Source of the DNA: a virus
DNA: 64,000 nt
Direction: 5' to 3' (one strand)
Virus record (IMG/VR): IMGVR_UViG_3300015360_000025
In this document: positions 10,164 to 19,973 of the stretch, piece by piece
How the letters are laid out: each line of letters begins with the position of its first letter
Position numbering within the stretch: position 1 is the stretch's first letter
Notes under the pieces: generated by a model
Seen by the model: the letters and a program-made list of their open reading frames with translations, nothing else
The model's database searches: none
Told to the model about the DNA's origin: nothing
Position numbers and translations under genes: made by a program

Positions 10164-11150
10164 ATGTCATTCAAGACCTTCGATCTCTCGCACGACGTCG
10201 CCTCGATCGTTTCATCGATCAATGAGGTCGTGTCTGTGTCGAGTTCGATCTATGCGTTCGACCAGAACGTCAAGAAGTTTTCAAACATCTCCTCGGCTTC
10301 TGCTGGAGCAGACCTTGGCGGGTACTGGGAGACGATTTTCGATTCCTCTCCGACCAGCTCTCTTAGCACCGCATTGATGGACATGACCTTTGGGTATGCT
10401 ACAGGGTCCGCCTATAACTTGCCCGTTACTGCGACCAGCTCTCAGAATGAGAAGATCAAGGTCTACAGGATGATGGCTTCTGCCCTCCTGGGAGATTCAA
10501 ACTCTCTCTTCACAATCAACAACGTTCCGACTTCTGAGTGCTTCTTCATTATGGTGAAGAGAAACATTCAGAAGGACGAGATCAAGAAAGGATCAACGGC
10601 GCTAGTAGTCAATAGGACGTCGACGCAGCTGACTGGATCAGACGAGGGTGCATCAGTTAACTTCAAGCAGACTGTCGGCGGAGATTACGCTCCTCTCAGG
10701 AGTGGTACGACAGAGTTTGGTCAAGTGTGGTACAACGCTGGCGTCATTGTTCTTGGTGTAACAGCTAGCTGGCCAGCTGACACGTTCTGGTCAGGTACCA
10801 AGACGGTCCAGAACATGGAATCGTCCAGCAGCATCAATCAGCTGGTCGATGGTCTTCGAACGCACATCGAGAAGATCAACCTGCACAACCAGACGAACCT
10901 GTACTCGACTATCTACTTCTGTCGGGCAACCAACTCTGAGTTCAACTACTCCAGTAACCCAACCTTCGTGGATGACAACAAGCGGATTAGAGTCACATCG
11001 GGAAGCAACATCCTCCAGACACGGTCGTACGTTACGACTGTCGGTCTCTACGATGCCAATGACAACCTACTGGCCGTCGCCAAGGTGAACAAGCCGATCA
11101 CCAAGTCGCCCGACAATGAGGCTATCTTCCGAATCCGGCTTGACTACTGA
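10164..11150 (+). CDS. Baseplate/tail-fibre attachment structural protein
   Basis: C-terminal SNPTF...YVTTVGLYDANDNLLAVAKVNKPITK...RIRLDY motif shared with 11178..13079. Confidence 0.65.
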   Translation: MSFKTFDLSHDVASIVSSINEVVSVSSSIYAFDQNVKKFSNISSASAGADLGGYWETIFDSSPTSSLSTALMDMTFGYATGSAYNLPVTATSSQNEKIKVYRMMASALLGDSNSLFTINNVPTSECFFIMVKRNIQKDEIKKGSTALVVNRTSTQLTGSDEGASVNFKQTVGGDYAPLRSGTTEFGQVWYNAGVIVLGVTASWPADTFWSGTKTVQNMESSSSINQLVDGLRTHIEKINLHNQTNLYSTIYFCRATNSEFNYSSNPTFVDDNKRIRVTSGSNILQTRSYVTTVGLYDANDNLLAVAKVNKPITKSPDNEAIFRIRLDY

Positions 11151-11177
11151 TCCTGTAGATCCAAAAAGAGACCTGAG

Positions 11178-13079
11178 ATGTCCGTTTACAGAAAGTTCAC
11201 CAGAAACGACATTCTCTTCTCGACCGTCCATGCTAAGCCAAGGGTAGCCGTAAAGTACGGTGTAGCTGGTGGGCAGACTGGTTGGTTCGGGAATTCGGGT
11301 GTCTCGGGTTCCTTGAGCCTGTACGGGGGCGTACGCGCCAGATACAATGTCAAAGCTAGTGATTTCCAGACTTCTGGTCTGTCGATCTACCCGCTAGATC
11401 TGCTCGATACTCACAGCATTGACAAAGTGATCTTTGTTTCAGGGTCCTATCCTGCGACTGGGTCGATCAGGTTTGTACGTTGCCGGAACCAGTCTGTCGC
11501 CTCATTCTTGCAGGTGACCGATCTCAACTGGTTCGAAGAACACTATCGGCCGATTGAACTGTTATACGATCACTACAGCACACGTGACGACAACTACTTC
11601 ACGGGATCGTACGATTTCTACGATTCACTGCTGTTAGCCGACACTTCCTTGACCTCGTCTGTGACCGGGTCATATTTCTACCCTGGATCGTACTGGGCAT
11701 TTTCTGGTGCCTTCGCGACGACTCCGATCACCAGTCCATCTTCGTCGTTCACGGCCATGGCATGGGTGAAGCCGATTCCCACCAATTTTGCGACCGGTAC
11801 TCTTGAACCGTTTCAAAATTATCCGACCATCTTGGCGCAACGTGATACTTGGGATTTCTCGATCAATCCAGATGGGACCCTCCAGTTAAATGTCGAGCAC
11901 TCCGCTAGCTCAAGTTACCCTGCGAGTTCGACGAATACAGTCACTGCGGGAAAATGGAATAACGTCGCCATGGTTGTTAAAGGCGGACAGACTGCTAGCT
12001 TCTGGATTAATGGTCAATACGGTGGACAGAGTTTTCTGGGTAACGATGTCTTGGGAACTGGTTCTAACACTCATCCATTACTGGTTGGAGGTTGGGAGAC
12101 AGGCACGGGCTACGTGGTTGGAATAGGCGGACACCAACATGGCAATAATCTGAATGGATTCATCTTTGAAACTCAGGTCTGGAACAGAGCTTTGAGCGGA
12201 AGTGAGATCCAAGCGTATGCCAGTGGTACTTTGGTCAATAGTTCGTCGACGGGCCTCGTCCACTACGCCCGCTACAACGATGGTCCTTTCGGGACAGCTC
12301 ACGGGTTTGCATCTGGCAGCGGTGCCTTTGACTACAGTCCGAACGCGAAACACGGGTACGTGGTCCCGTGGTCTTTCGCGCACACTAATCACTGGCAACC
12401 AAACGATCACCAAAGCTTCATTCCGGTCACCAAGAAGATCAACCTCGACATCCACGACCTGCGTCTGTTCCACGTCCCAAGCATGTTCTACGGGAAGCAA
12501 ATCGATCCTGGCAGTGTGCGGATCACGGACGGCGTCTACAACAAGCGCCGGATCGTCCGTGTCTTTAACGATGATGGTCGCGGCGGGTTGTATGTCTCAG
12601 GTTCGATGACAAGAGACATCTCCGGGGAAGAATATACGGGAGAGAAGCGTAGAAAGGTTGGTAACGTCTTCTATTCTGAAGGATTGATCGTCTTTACAGA
12701 CCCGGCGTTATACGACACGTTCGATAGCGGATCACTCTTCTGGGATCCACAGATCTCTGTCTCTGGAGTCTTTGGGGATCTCATCAGTGCCGACTTCAAG
12801 GGTCAGGCTACGATGCGTACCAAGACGTTCAATTGTCGTCTTCCAACCGCCCAAGGGAACGCGTCCAATAATCCGACCTTCAGCTACGTCGACGACCGTG
12901 GTACAGTGAACACAGATGACGACAGAGTGACTGTTGAGCGGCACGATGGTGTCACCTACATCACGGCCATCGGTCTCTACAATGAGGATCGGCAGCTTGT
13001 GGCGGTGGCCAAGCTGGCGCAACCGATCAGGAAGCGCGAGAAAGAAAAGATTAATCTTAGATTAAAGATGGATTTCTAG
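11178..13079 (+). CDS. Structural protein with a LamG/concanavalin-A-like lectin domain
   Basis: FTAMAWVKP...GKWNNVAMVV...FWINGQ...LLVGG...LNGFIFETQVWNRALSGSEI is a LamG-3 pattern; C-terminus SNNPTF...YITAIGLYNEDRQLVAVAKLAQPIRK...RLKMDF. Confidence 0.75.
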   Translation: MSVYRKFTRNDILFSTVHAKPRVAVKYGVAGGQTGWFGNSGVSGSLSLYGGVRARYNVKASDFQTSGLSIYPLDLLDTHSIDKVIFVSGSYPATGSIRFVRCRNQSVASFLQVTDLNWFEEHYRPIELLYDHYSTRDDNYFTGSYDFYDSLLLADTSLTSSVTGSYFYPGSYWAFSGAFATTPITSPSSSFTAMAWVKPIPTNFATGTLEPFQNYPTILAQRDTWDFSINPDGTLQLNVEHSASSSYPASSTNTVTAGKWNNVAMVVKGGQTASFWINGQYGGQSFLGNDVLGTGSNTHPLLVGGWETGTGYVVGIGGHQHGNNLNGFIFETQVWNRALSGSEIQAYASGTLVNSSSTGLVHYARYNDGPFGTAHGFASGSGAFDYSPNAKHGYVVPWSFAHTNHWQPNDHQSFIPVTKKINLDIHDLRLFHVPSMFYGKQIDPGSVRITDGVYNKRRIVRVFNDDGRGGLYVSGSMTRDISGEEYTGEKRRKVGNVFYSEGLIVFTDPALYDTFDSGSLFWDPQISVSGVFGDLISADFKGQATMRTKTFNCRLPTAQGNASNNPTFSYVDDRGTVNTDDDRVTVERHDGVTYITAIGLYNEDRQLVAVAKLAQPIRKREKEKINLRLKMDF

Positions 13080-13129
13080 CGATACTCACAAGGCTGGATG
13101 TTCGAAGTCTGGACTCAGGAGAAGCTTAC

Positions 13130-13783
13130 GTGAACTTTGGATGGGACATCTCTACATCTGTTATCGGTGCCACTGTCCTGGACGAGAATGGGAAGTGGAT
13201 CAAAACCGATCACTTCGATTTCTCAAAGATCGATGCCAAGTCTCTACACGACAAGATGGACGAGTCTCAATGGTGGGTCGAAGAATTCCTCGAGCCTTAC
13301 ATCGCTGGCAGTCACATGCATTATTTTGAAGAGCGCCTCGCAAATTTCTCTGCTGGAAGGACGATGCTTCAGACTCTCATGATACTCGCTGGTTTCAACG
13401 CGCTTTTCTCATACGAGGTCTGGAGGATCCATCGTGAGCTTGGAGAGAAGTCCAGGTGGAACGAATCTGATCCTTCTCATCCAGAGAAGATGATAGGCGT
13501 TTGTACTACTCACATCCATCCATCGACCGTCAAGGCGATCATGAAACGCGATGGTCTGATCATCCCGAAAGGTGGTGATAAGAAGAAACTGACCCTTGAC
13601 TTTGTCAAGAACAAGATCCAAGGATGGGAAGTTTTTCTCAATAGGAATGACAATCCACACCCTTACAACTTCGATCGGGCCGACTCGTACATCACCGCAC
13701 GTGCTGGGTACCTGAGAGCCTACCTATCCCGTAATGCAAAGAGAGCGGAAACTTCAAGCGATTCAGGTGACGCTGGGGCATGA
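13130..13783 (+). CDS. RuvC-like Holliday junction resolvase
   Basis: RNase H-fold motifs FGWDISTSVIG, YFEE, HPSTVKAI, DKK and DRADS. Confidence 0.75.
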   Translation: MNFGWDISTSVIGATVLDENGKWIKTDHFDFSKIDAKSLHDKMDESQWWVEEFLEPYIAGSHMHYFEERLANFSAGRTMLQTLMILAGFNALFSYEVWRIHRELGEKSRWNESDPSHPEKMIGVCTTHIHPSTVKAIMKRDGLIIPKGGDKKKLTLDFVKNKIQGWEVFLNRNDNPHPYNFDRADSYITARAGYLRAYLSRNAKRAETSSDSGDAGA

Positions 13784-14648
13784 GCAGCTTCGCAAGGGTG
13801 CTGAGGCTGTCTTTTTCTGTCCTCGGTGCAAACACCGGAAGCCGAAGCTAAGCGTCAACCTCGATACCGATCGTTTTCATTGTTGGTCGTGTGACTGGGG
13901 TGGGAAGACTCTTATCCCTTTGATGAGCAGGGATTCCAAGGAGCGGAACGAGTACGTTGCTGAGCTAGAGGCGAACAAACTCAAGCCGGCTACTCCAGAA
14001 AAGAAGTACGACGCACCGGCACTTCCTACAGAATTCCGCACGTTGACGAAGGAGTGGCCTGGTCCGTATTACAAATCGGCAATGCGCTACCTGCAAGATC
14101 GCGGGATCACCATCCAAGATATCAGACACTGGAAGCTTGGATACTGTGAGGAGGGGAACTACAAACACAGAATCATCGTTCCTTCTTTCGATGAGTATGG
14201 CGTTCTAAACTTTGTGGTCGGTCGGTCGTTCTACGATAACCCGCAGAAGTATAAACACGAAAACCTCTGTAAGGATGTCATTTTCAACGAATACATGGTC
14301 GACTGGAACAAACCGATCGTAGTGACAGAAGGTCCGTTCGATGCGTTCAAGACAGGGGACAACGTCACCGCCCTGCAGGGAAGCATACTTAGAGAGGACT
14401 CCAAGCTCTTCTCTAGGCTTGTCTTCTCTGGAGTCGAAGTCTACTTTGCGATGGATCAAGATGCATTTCGTAAGCAACTGAAGATCCTTACGAACTTGGT
14501 CGCCTATGGAGTCGATTGTTACTACGTTCCGATGGGTGGCAAGAAGGACGTGGGCGAGATGAGCAAGACTGAATTCCGGGAAGCCAAGCTCCAAGCTCTT
14601 CCTGTGGGATCATCGATCGATATTCTTAGACTGAGGATGAAAGCTTGA
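13734..14648 (+). CDS. dnaG: DNA primase (Zn finger plus TOPRIM)
   Basis: CPRC...HCWSC zinc finger; RIIVPSFD; VVTEGPFDA; AMDQDA; KDVGEM. Confidence 0.9.
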   Translation: MQRERKLQAIQVTLGHEQLRKGAEAVFFCPRCKHRKPKLSVNLDTDRFHCWSCDWGGKTLIPLMSRDSKERNEYVAELEANKLKPATPEKKYDAPALPTEFRTLTKEWPGPYYKSAMRYLQDRGITIQDIRHWKLGYCEEGNYKHRIIVPSFDEYGVLNFVVGRSFYDNPQKYKHENLCKDVIFNEYMVDWNKPIVVTEGPFDAFKTGDNVTALQGSILREDSKLFSRLVFSGVEVYFAMDQDAFRKQLKILTNLVAYGVDCYYVPMGGKKDVGEMSKTEFREAKLQALPVGSSIDILRLRMKA

Positions 14649-17600
14649 GTCTGAAAGTCGTGCAGATCAGTGACGTACATATCAGGAACTTGAAGTACCA
14701 TCCAGAGTACCGAAAGGTCTTCGAGAACCTGTATCGTCACCTGGATGAACTCAAGCCCGACATCGTTGTTAATACGGGAGACACGGCCCATACAAAAACA
14801 CAGATCAGTCCTGAGTTCGTGGAGATGGCTTCAGAGCACTTGAAACGAGTGGCAGAGTATGCGCCCTATCATCTGATCCTTGGCAATCACGACCTGAACC
14901 TGATGAACAAGGATCGCCAGGACGCGATCACTCCGATCGTGGAGAGCATTAAGAGTGGCAAGATCTTCCTCCACAAGAAGTCTGGACTTGGTTTCACGGA
15001 GGAGAACGACGGTCAGAAGTATAACTTCTGGGTTTTCTCTCTCGCCGATCGTGACAACTACCCGGTCCCGGCCAGTTGGGCCCTTCATCCCGACTCTGTA
15101 AACATCGGCCTGTTCCACGGATCCGTCGCTTCCTGTGTCACCGACATGAACTGGCGGATGACAGTCGTAGAGCACGACCTTAGCATCTTCGATGGTCTAG
15201 ACTTCGCCATGCTCGGCGACATCCACAAGCAACAGTACTTCAGGGATCGTACGATCGCTTACCCTGGCTCTTTGATCCAACAGAACTTTGGTGAGGAAGT
15301 TGACAAGGGATTCCTTCTCTGGGAGTTAGCCAAGAAGGGTCAGCCACACGACGTTTCTCCCTACATCCTCCGTGGTAGCCGAAAGTTCCATACAATCCGT
15401 CTGAACGACGACCTCTCGGTCCCGCAGATGGGGATCGAAGAGGGTTCTCGCGTTCGTATCAGTCCTCCAATGTCCATTACACTGGCCCAACAGGGAGAGA
15501 TTGAGAAGATCGTCCGGAAGATGTACAAGCCGTACGACGTGATCACGCTTTCTGCGGCTAACATCGGTATCCAGAAGACGATGGCCGGGAAGAATTCAGT
15601 AGACATAGAGAACCTACGCAGTCTTCCTGTCCAAGAGAAGCTGATCAGAGACCACCTAGCCGACAAGAAATTAGACGATGCGATCCTGCAGAAGGTCTTG
15701 GACCTGAACAGGAAGTACCAGATCCACGTCGAACAAGAAGACGACACAAGCCGTAACGTAAAGTGGAAGCTCAACCGCCTGGTGTGGTCGAACTTCTTCA
15801 ACTACGGTGAGAAGAACGTAGTTGATTTTTCACTGCTCCCTGGTCTAACGGGCATCTTTGCTCCGAACGGTTCTGGCAAGTCGAACCTAATCGACATCAT
15901 CCTTGAGACGTGCTTCGACAGTACGACTAAGGGGATCAACAAGAACGTTCACCTGATCAACGATAATAAAGACACTGCTACGGCGATCGCCGACATCACG
16001 GTGAACGACCAGAACTATATCATCGAGAGGACCATCGACCGGATCAAGTACGGGCAGAAGAAGTTCGAAGAGACCAAGGAGTGGGGAAAGACCACGGTCA
16101 ACTTCTCGATGGTAGACAACGACGGTGGCATGGAGCCGCTGGTCGGTACCCTACGTCCTGAGACCGAGAAGAATATCCGGCAGAGGATCGGGACCTTCGA
16201 CGACTTCATGTTGACGTCCCTCTCGGCGCAGTGGAACCAGATGGACATTATCGCCAACAAGGAGACAAAACGGAAGGAGATCTTCTACAAGTTCTTCGAC
16301 CTCGACCTATTCGAGCAGAAGGGACTTCTGGCGAAGGCTGAAGGGAAGGATCTCTCACGACAGCTCGCGGATTTGGAAGGTAGCGGAATCGAAGACACTG
16401 TCCGTCGAAACAAGGTGAGCATCGACACCCGCGCAGATATGATCAGTGAGAAGCAAGAAGAACTTTCTGTCCAAGAGAATCGCATCTGCGAGTTGGATGA
16501 ACGGATCGTTGATCTTTCCTCACAACGTGTTCCAGTCGATCTCACGAGGTTCGATCTCAGTGGATGGGCCGGAGGGGTGGCGAGGATCGACCAACAGGTT
16601 ACCACCAACAAGGTAAAGTTGGGTGAAATCGAGACCCGCCTGGGTGCTCTAGAGGGGGACCTGGGGAAGGTCCTTAAGTTGGAGCAGCGTTTTGACCTCA
16701 AATCTCATGAGGAGAAGAACGAAAGATACCACGAGCTTGATGTGCGGATCGTCGCTCTCGAGATGAATATGAAGGACCGGGAATCTGAATTCAAGTCTCA
16801 TTTGAAGAATGCGACACTCCTCGGTGAAGTTCCGTGTGGTGACCAGTTCCCGACCTGCAAGTTCCTCGTGAACGCGTTCGACTCCAAGAACAAACTCGCC
16901 TCACTTGAAATGAAGATCTCTGGTTCGTTGCAGGAAGCGACAGCTGCTCGTCAAGAAAGAGAGTCTTTGGTGCCCGAGGTCAGGAAGCTTGAATCGTACA
17001 TAAAGTTCGTGGGTGAGAAGGAGAGCTTGACCGGTCGCCGGGACAACTTGAAGCTCCAGATGGAGAACATGCGTCTCAAGATCGAACAACTCGAGGCCGA
17101 GAAGGTAAAGAAGCTTGAGGACATGTCCAGGTTTGAGAAGGCTGAAGCTGGCATCAAGAAGAACGAAGAGATCGATGCCGAGGTCGGAAAGCTGCAGTAC
17201 GAGAAGAAGAAGACTTCCGCCGAGATGCAGGAGCTCCAGGAGTCTATCGTCGAGCTGAACCGTCTGATGGGTGGGGACCAAAGTATCCTGGAGAAACTGG
17301 ACGCCCAGCTGGTGACACTGCAAGAGCTCCGAGACACCTGCTCAGCCTACGAGCACTACATCAAGGCGATGGGGAAGGACGGGATCGCATACGAGATTCT
17401 CACCCAAAAGCTTCCACTCTTGAACGAAGAGATCAACAAGATCCTCTCGAATTCTGCCGACTTCAATGTGTCCATCGAGCACGACAACGAAGAACAATCG
17501 ATAAGGTTCTACATTCAATACGGTCAGTACAAGCGTCGTCTGCTTGAATTGGGATCAGGCGCTGAGAAGTTCCTGGGCTCGATCGCCATCAGAACAGCCC

Positions 17601-17860
17601 TTCTCAATGTCTCCAATCTTCCCAAGACGAACATGTTCATCATAGACGAGGGGTTTGGCAAACTCGATGTTAAGAACCTCGAGAGCGTGCAGCGCATGTT
17701 TGACTACTTAAGGACAGTCTTCGATCACATCATCGTGATCAGTCACCTCGATTCCATGAAAGACATGGTAGACAACATCATTGAGTTCACGACAGATGAG
17801 GAAGGATACGCGCACGTAGATATTGGAGGACGAGAAGATGATCTGGATCAAGAACTCTGA
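14645..17860 (+). CDS. Fused Mre11/SbcD nuclease and Rad50/SbcC ATPase (T4 gp47-gp46-like)
   Basis: Phosphoesterase motifs ISDVHI, NTGD, LGNHD, FHG, LGDIHK; Walker A APNGSGKS; coiled coil with CGDQFPTC; signature LGSGAEK; Walker B IIDEGFGKLD; ISH. Confidence 0.92.
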   Translation: MSLKVVQISDVHIRNLKYHPEYRKVFENLYRHLDELKPDIVVNTGDTAHTKTQISPEFVEMASEHLKRVAEYAPYHLILGNHDLNLMNKDRQDAITPIVESIKSGKIFLHKKSGLGFTEENDGQKYNFWVFSLADRDNYPVPASWALHPDSVNIGLFHGSVASCVTDMNWRMTVVEHDLSIFDGLDFAMLGDIHKQQYFRDRTIAYPGSLIQQNFGEEVDKGFLLWELAKKGQPHDVSPYILRGSRKFHTIRLNDDLSVPQMGIEEGSRVRISPPMSITLAQQGEIEKIVRKMYKPYDVITLSAANIGIQKTMAGKNSVDIENLRSLPVQEKLIRDHLADKKLDDAILQKVLDLNRKYQIHVEQEDDTSRNVKWKLNRLVWSNFFNYGEKNVVDFSLLPGLTGIFAPNGSGKSNLIDIILETCFDSTTKGINKNVHLINDNKDTATAIADITVNDQNYIIERTIDRIKYGQKKFEETKEWGKTTVNFSMVDNDGGMEPLVGTLRPETEKNIRQRIGTFDDFMLTSLSAQWNQMDIIANKETKRKEIFYKFFDLDLFEQKGLLAKAEGKDLSRQLADLEGSGIEDTVRRNKVSIDTRADMISEKQEELSVQENRICELDERIVDLSSQRVPVDLTRFDLSGWAGGVARIDQQVTTNKVKLGEIETRLGALEGDLGKVLKLEQRFDLKSHEEKNERYHELDVRIVALEMNMKDRESEFKSHLKNATLLGEVPCGDQFPTCKFLVNAFDSKNKLASLEMKISGSLQEATAARQERESLVPEVRKLESYIKFVGEKESLTGRRDNLKLQMENMRLKIEQLEAEKVKKLEDMSRFEKAEAGIKKNEEIDAEVGKLQYEKKKTSAEMQELQESIVELNRLMGGDQSILEKLDAQLVTLQELRDTCSAYEHYIKAMGKDGIAYEILTQKLPLLNEEINKILSNSADFNVSIEHDNEEQSIRFYIQYGQYKRRLLELGSGAEKFLGSIAIRTALLNVSNLPKTNMFIIDEGFGKLDVKNLESVQRMFDYLRTVFDHIIVISHLDSMKDMVDNIIEFTTDEEGYAHVDIGGREDDLDQEL

Positions 17861-18092
17861 AGGTAAGAAAGACGCTGTGCTAACGATGGCGCTGGCCGGT
17901 TTCTCGGTCGTCTGCATCAAGGTGCTCTTCGCTGGAGCGATCTTTGATCTTGGTGTTCGGACCATCACCATCGGGACCATCGATGCCGCCACCGTAGCCG
18001 CCATTCTCACTCCGACTCTGGGAGCCTACGTTTCTCGCAAGTACACGGACAGGAAGTACCACAAGTCGGTCGAACCGGCTAAGAAGGAGTAA
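17838..18092 (+). CDS. Small membrane protein, possible holin
   Basis: About 84 aa from MIWIK, with two hydrophobic stretches and a basic C-terminus. Confidence 0.45.
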   Translation: MIWIKNSEGKKDAVLTMALAGFSVVCIKVLFAGAIFDLGVRTITIGTIDAATVAAILTPTLGAYVSRKYTDRKYHKSVEPAKKE

Positions 18093-18095
18093 CGG

Positions 18096-18908
18096 ATGGA
18101 CATCAGTCTTAAGACGATTGGAATCGCGGCTGGTATCGTATTACTTTCATTCATCGCGATCGCCGGAGTCATGACGATCAAGAAGAATGCGTATGACGCC
18201 AGAATCGTCGAACTCCAGAACGCTGTTGCAACACGTGATCAGACGATCGAGGTACAGAAGGGAGTATTCCAAAAGCTCTCGATCCAGAGCCGTGATCTCC
18301 AAGATCTTCTTGACCAGAATGATGCGCAACTCAAACTTCTCCAAGAGCAGCTCAAAAAGAGCGGTGACCAACTTCTGACAGCCGCAACGCTGATCGTGAA
18401 ACTAAAGAAGGACCTTGAATCAAAGGGGACTGGTACCACAGTCATCATCGATAGCAATGGGAAGGCAATGGCGCTGGTGAAGTTCGATACCCAGGATGAT
18501 CTGTCTCCCTTTAGAGTCACTGGGGAAACAGTTGCCTCCTGTGATATTACTAGTAACAAGTTCGACTACAACCTAAAGCTCTATCAGATCAAACCTCTGA
18601 AGCTGAGTGTCGTCGTTTCTCAGGGCAAAGACGGCGCCTGGAAGACCTCGACCACTTCGTCAGAAGAGAATTTTCAGGTCGACATCGGTCTCGCGGCTGT
18701 CAATCCGTACATTCTTGAACCTAGGTGGTATGAGAACATTGGACTATCGGTAGATCTCGGTGGTGGAACAGGATTTATTGCCGGTGTTGGAGCATCCTAC
18801 AAAATCGGAAAGTTCGAAGTTGGACCGAAGGGATGGTTCACAGTCGGAGGCGGACCGGTCGGCGGGTTCGTCGGAGCGCAACTTCTCTGGCATCCGTTCG
18901 CGAGGTGA
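18096..18908 (+). CDS. Membrane-anchored coiled-coil protein, possible spanin
   Basis: N-terminal TM helix, long heptad region, and Gly/aromatic beta-strand C-terminus ending LLWHPFAR. Confidence 0.45.
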   Translation: MDISLKTIGIAAGIVLLSFIAIAGVMTIKKNAYDARIVELQNAVATRDQTIEVQKGVFQKLSIQSRDLQDLLDQNDAQLKLLQEQLKKSGDQLLTAATLIVKLKKDLESKGTGTTVIIDSNGKAMALVKFDTQDDLSPFRVTGETVASCDITSNKFDYNLKLYQIKPLKLSVVVSQGKDGAWKTSTTSSEENFQVDIGLAAVNPYILEPRWYENIGLSVDLGGGTGFIAGVGASYKIGKFEVGPKGWFTVGGGPVGGFVGAQLLWHPFAR

Positions 18909-18911
18909 CAC

Positions 18912-19220
18912 TTGGCTGCTACACAGAAGTTTGTCGTGTACAATCTAAGAGAAACATACCATGAGCTCGGTAGTTTCGAATTCAAGGTCGTCTTAGATCC
19001 TCGTTACTTCAAGAATGGACACCTTTCTGAAGTCTCGTTGATGGATTCTGATGGTCGATCGTTAAAGTACAATGTCCAGAAGTGGGGGAGGAAGATCAAT
19101 TGTTCTTTTTCACTGGATCAGTCCGTGGCCGACGGCATCTCTACTGTGAAGATGGTTCTACGTGACGACGAAGGCCACGAGATGGCCGCCCGGGCTTCTT
19201 TCTGGGTTATCAAACCGTAG
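18912..19220 (+). CDS. Hypothetical small beta-rich protein
   Basis: 102 aa ORF tiling in the operon. Confidence 0.6.
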   Translation: MAATQKFVVYNLRETYHELGSFEFKVVLDPRYFKNGHLSEVSLMDSDGRSLKYNVQKWGRKINCSFSLDQSVADGISTVKMVLRDDEGHEMAARASFWVIKP

Positions 19221-19238
19221 TCTCCTCATATTTACAGC

Positions 19239-19292
19239 ATGACATATGGTCTAATTTACAGAGCTTTTGATTTGACAAATGGAAAATCGTAA
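19239..19292 (+). pseudogene. Second GIY-YIG N-terminal remnant
   Basis: ATG ACA TAT GGT CTA ATT TAC AGA GCT TTT GAT TTG ACA AAT GGA AAA TCG TAA = MTYGLIYRAFDLTNGKS*; the TAA falls where the second Tyr of GIY-YIG is expected. Confidence 0.6.
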
Positions 19293-19514
19293 ATGAACGA
19301 ACACACAAAAAGCCTAAGAGTTCCAACGTTTTGCCCACTCTGCGACTTCTTGATGAAGGGCAAGTCAACCAACACTTTCTACGACCACGGCGTCTGCATG
19401 AACTGCTTCATCCAGTTCATCGATGGTCGGGTCGAGAAGTGGAAGTCAGGCTGGAGACCAGACGAAAAGCAGCTAGAGGCCCACAAAGAGGCCATGTCTC
19501 GCTCCAGTCTCTGA
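19293..19514 (+). CDS. Small zinc-finger protein
   Basis: CPLC and CMNC pairs in 73 aa. Confidence 0.65.
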   Translation: MNEHTKSLRVPTFCPLCDFLMKGKSTNTFYDHGVCMNCFIQFIDGRVEKWKSGWRPDEKQLEAHKEAMSRSSL

Positions 19515-19531
19515 TTTCCTGGCATCTTTCC

Positions 19532-19550
19532 ACTAGTCATCTCTATTTAG
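19532..19550 (+). promoter_or_regulatory. Extended putative late-promoter motif ACTAGTCAYCTCTATTTA
   Basis: 17 of 18 nt identical to 28412..28429; intergenic, upstream of the terminase/portal unit. Confidence 0.6.
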
Positions 19551-19580
19551 AAGTGACTGTTTCTTTCAGGAGAATGGAAA

Positions 19581-19973
19581 ATGGACGATAAGGCTCAGGG
19601 TTTCGAGACTTCCGAATACGGGCGTGAGCATGTGCACCCTGACAAGGTCTATTCGGTGATCGAAGAGATCATCCGTGACCAGGTCAGTAGGTCTCCGGCC
19701 TCAAACGTACGGGTCTCTTTCACTGGCAATCTCATGAGGATTGCCTACCACTGCTACGAGATGCACCTTCCGGTCAAGATGAAGGAGATCGAGGCGACTG
19801 CTAAGAGTGTCTTGGATGAGACGTTCAAGAACCTCAAGAAGCAATTCAAGGAGCGGACCTCCGACACTCTGAAGGCCAAGGAACAGAAGGACATGGCCAA
19901 CTATAGCGTCCAGAAGGTCTCCCTGAACGAAAGATACTACTACGTTGCCTGGCGGTTCTACGAGCTTGGCTGA
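19581..19973 (+). CDS. Hypothetical protein upstream of terminase
   Basis: 130 aa, preceded by AGGAG; its stop overlaps the terminase ATG. Confidence 0.7.
   Translation: MDDKAQGFETSEYGREHVHPDKVYSVIEEIIRDQVSRSPASNVRVSFTGNLMRIAYHCYEMHLPVKMKEIEATAKSVLDETFKNLKKQFKERTSDTLKAKEQKDMANYSVQKVSLNERYYYVAWRFYELG

Noticed and set aside
19581-19973. Small terminase call
   Set aside because: Only position supports it; no recognisable TerS motif.
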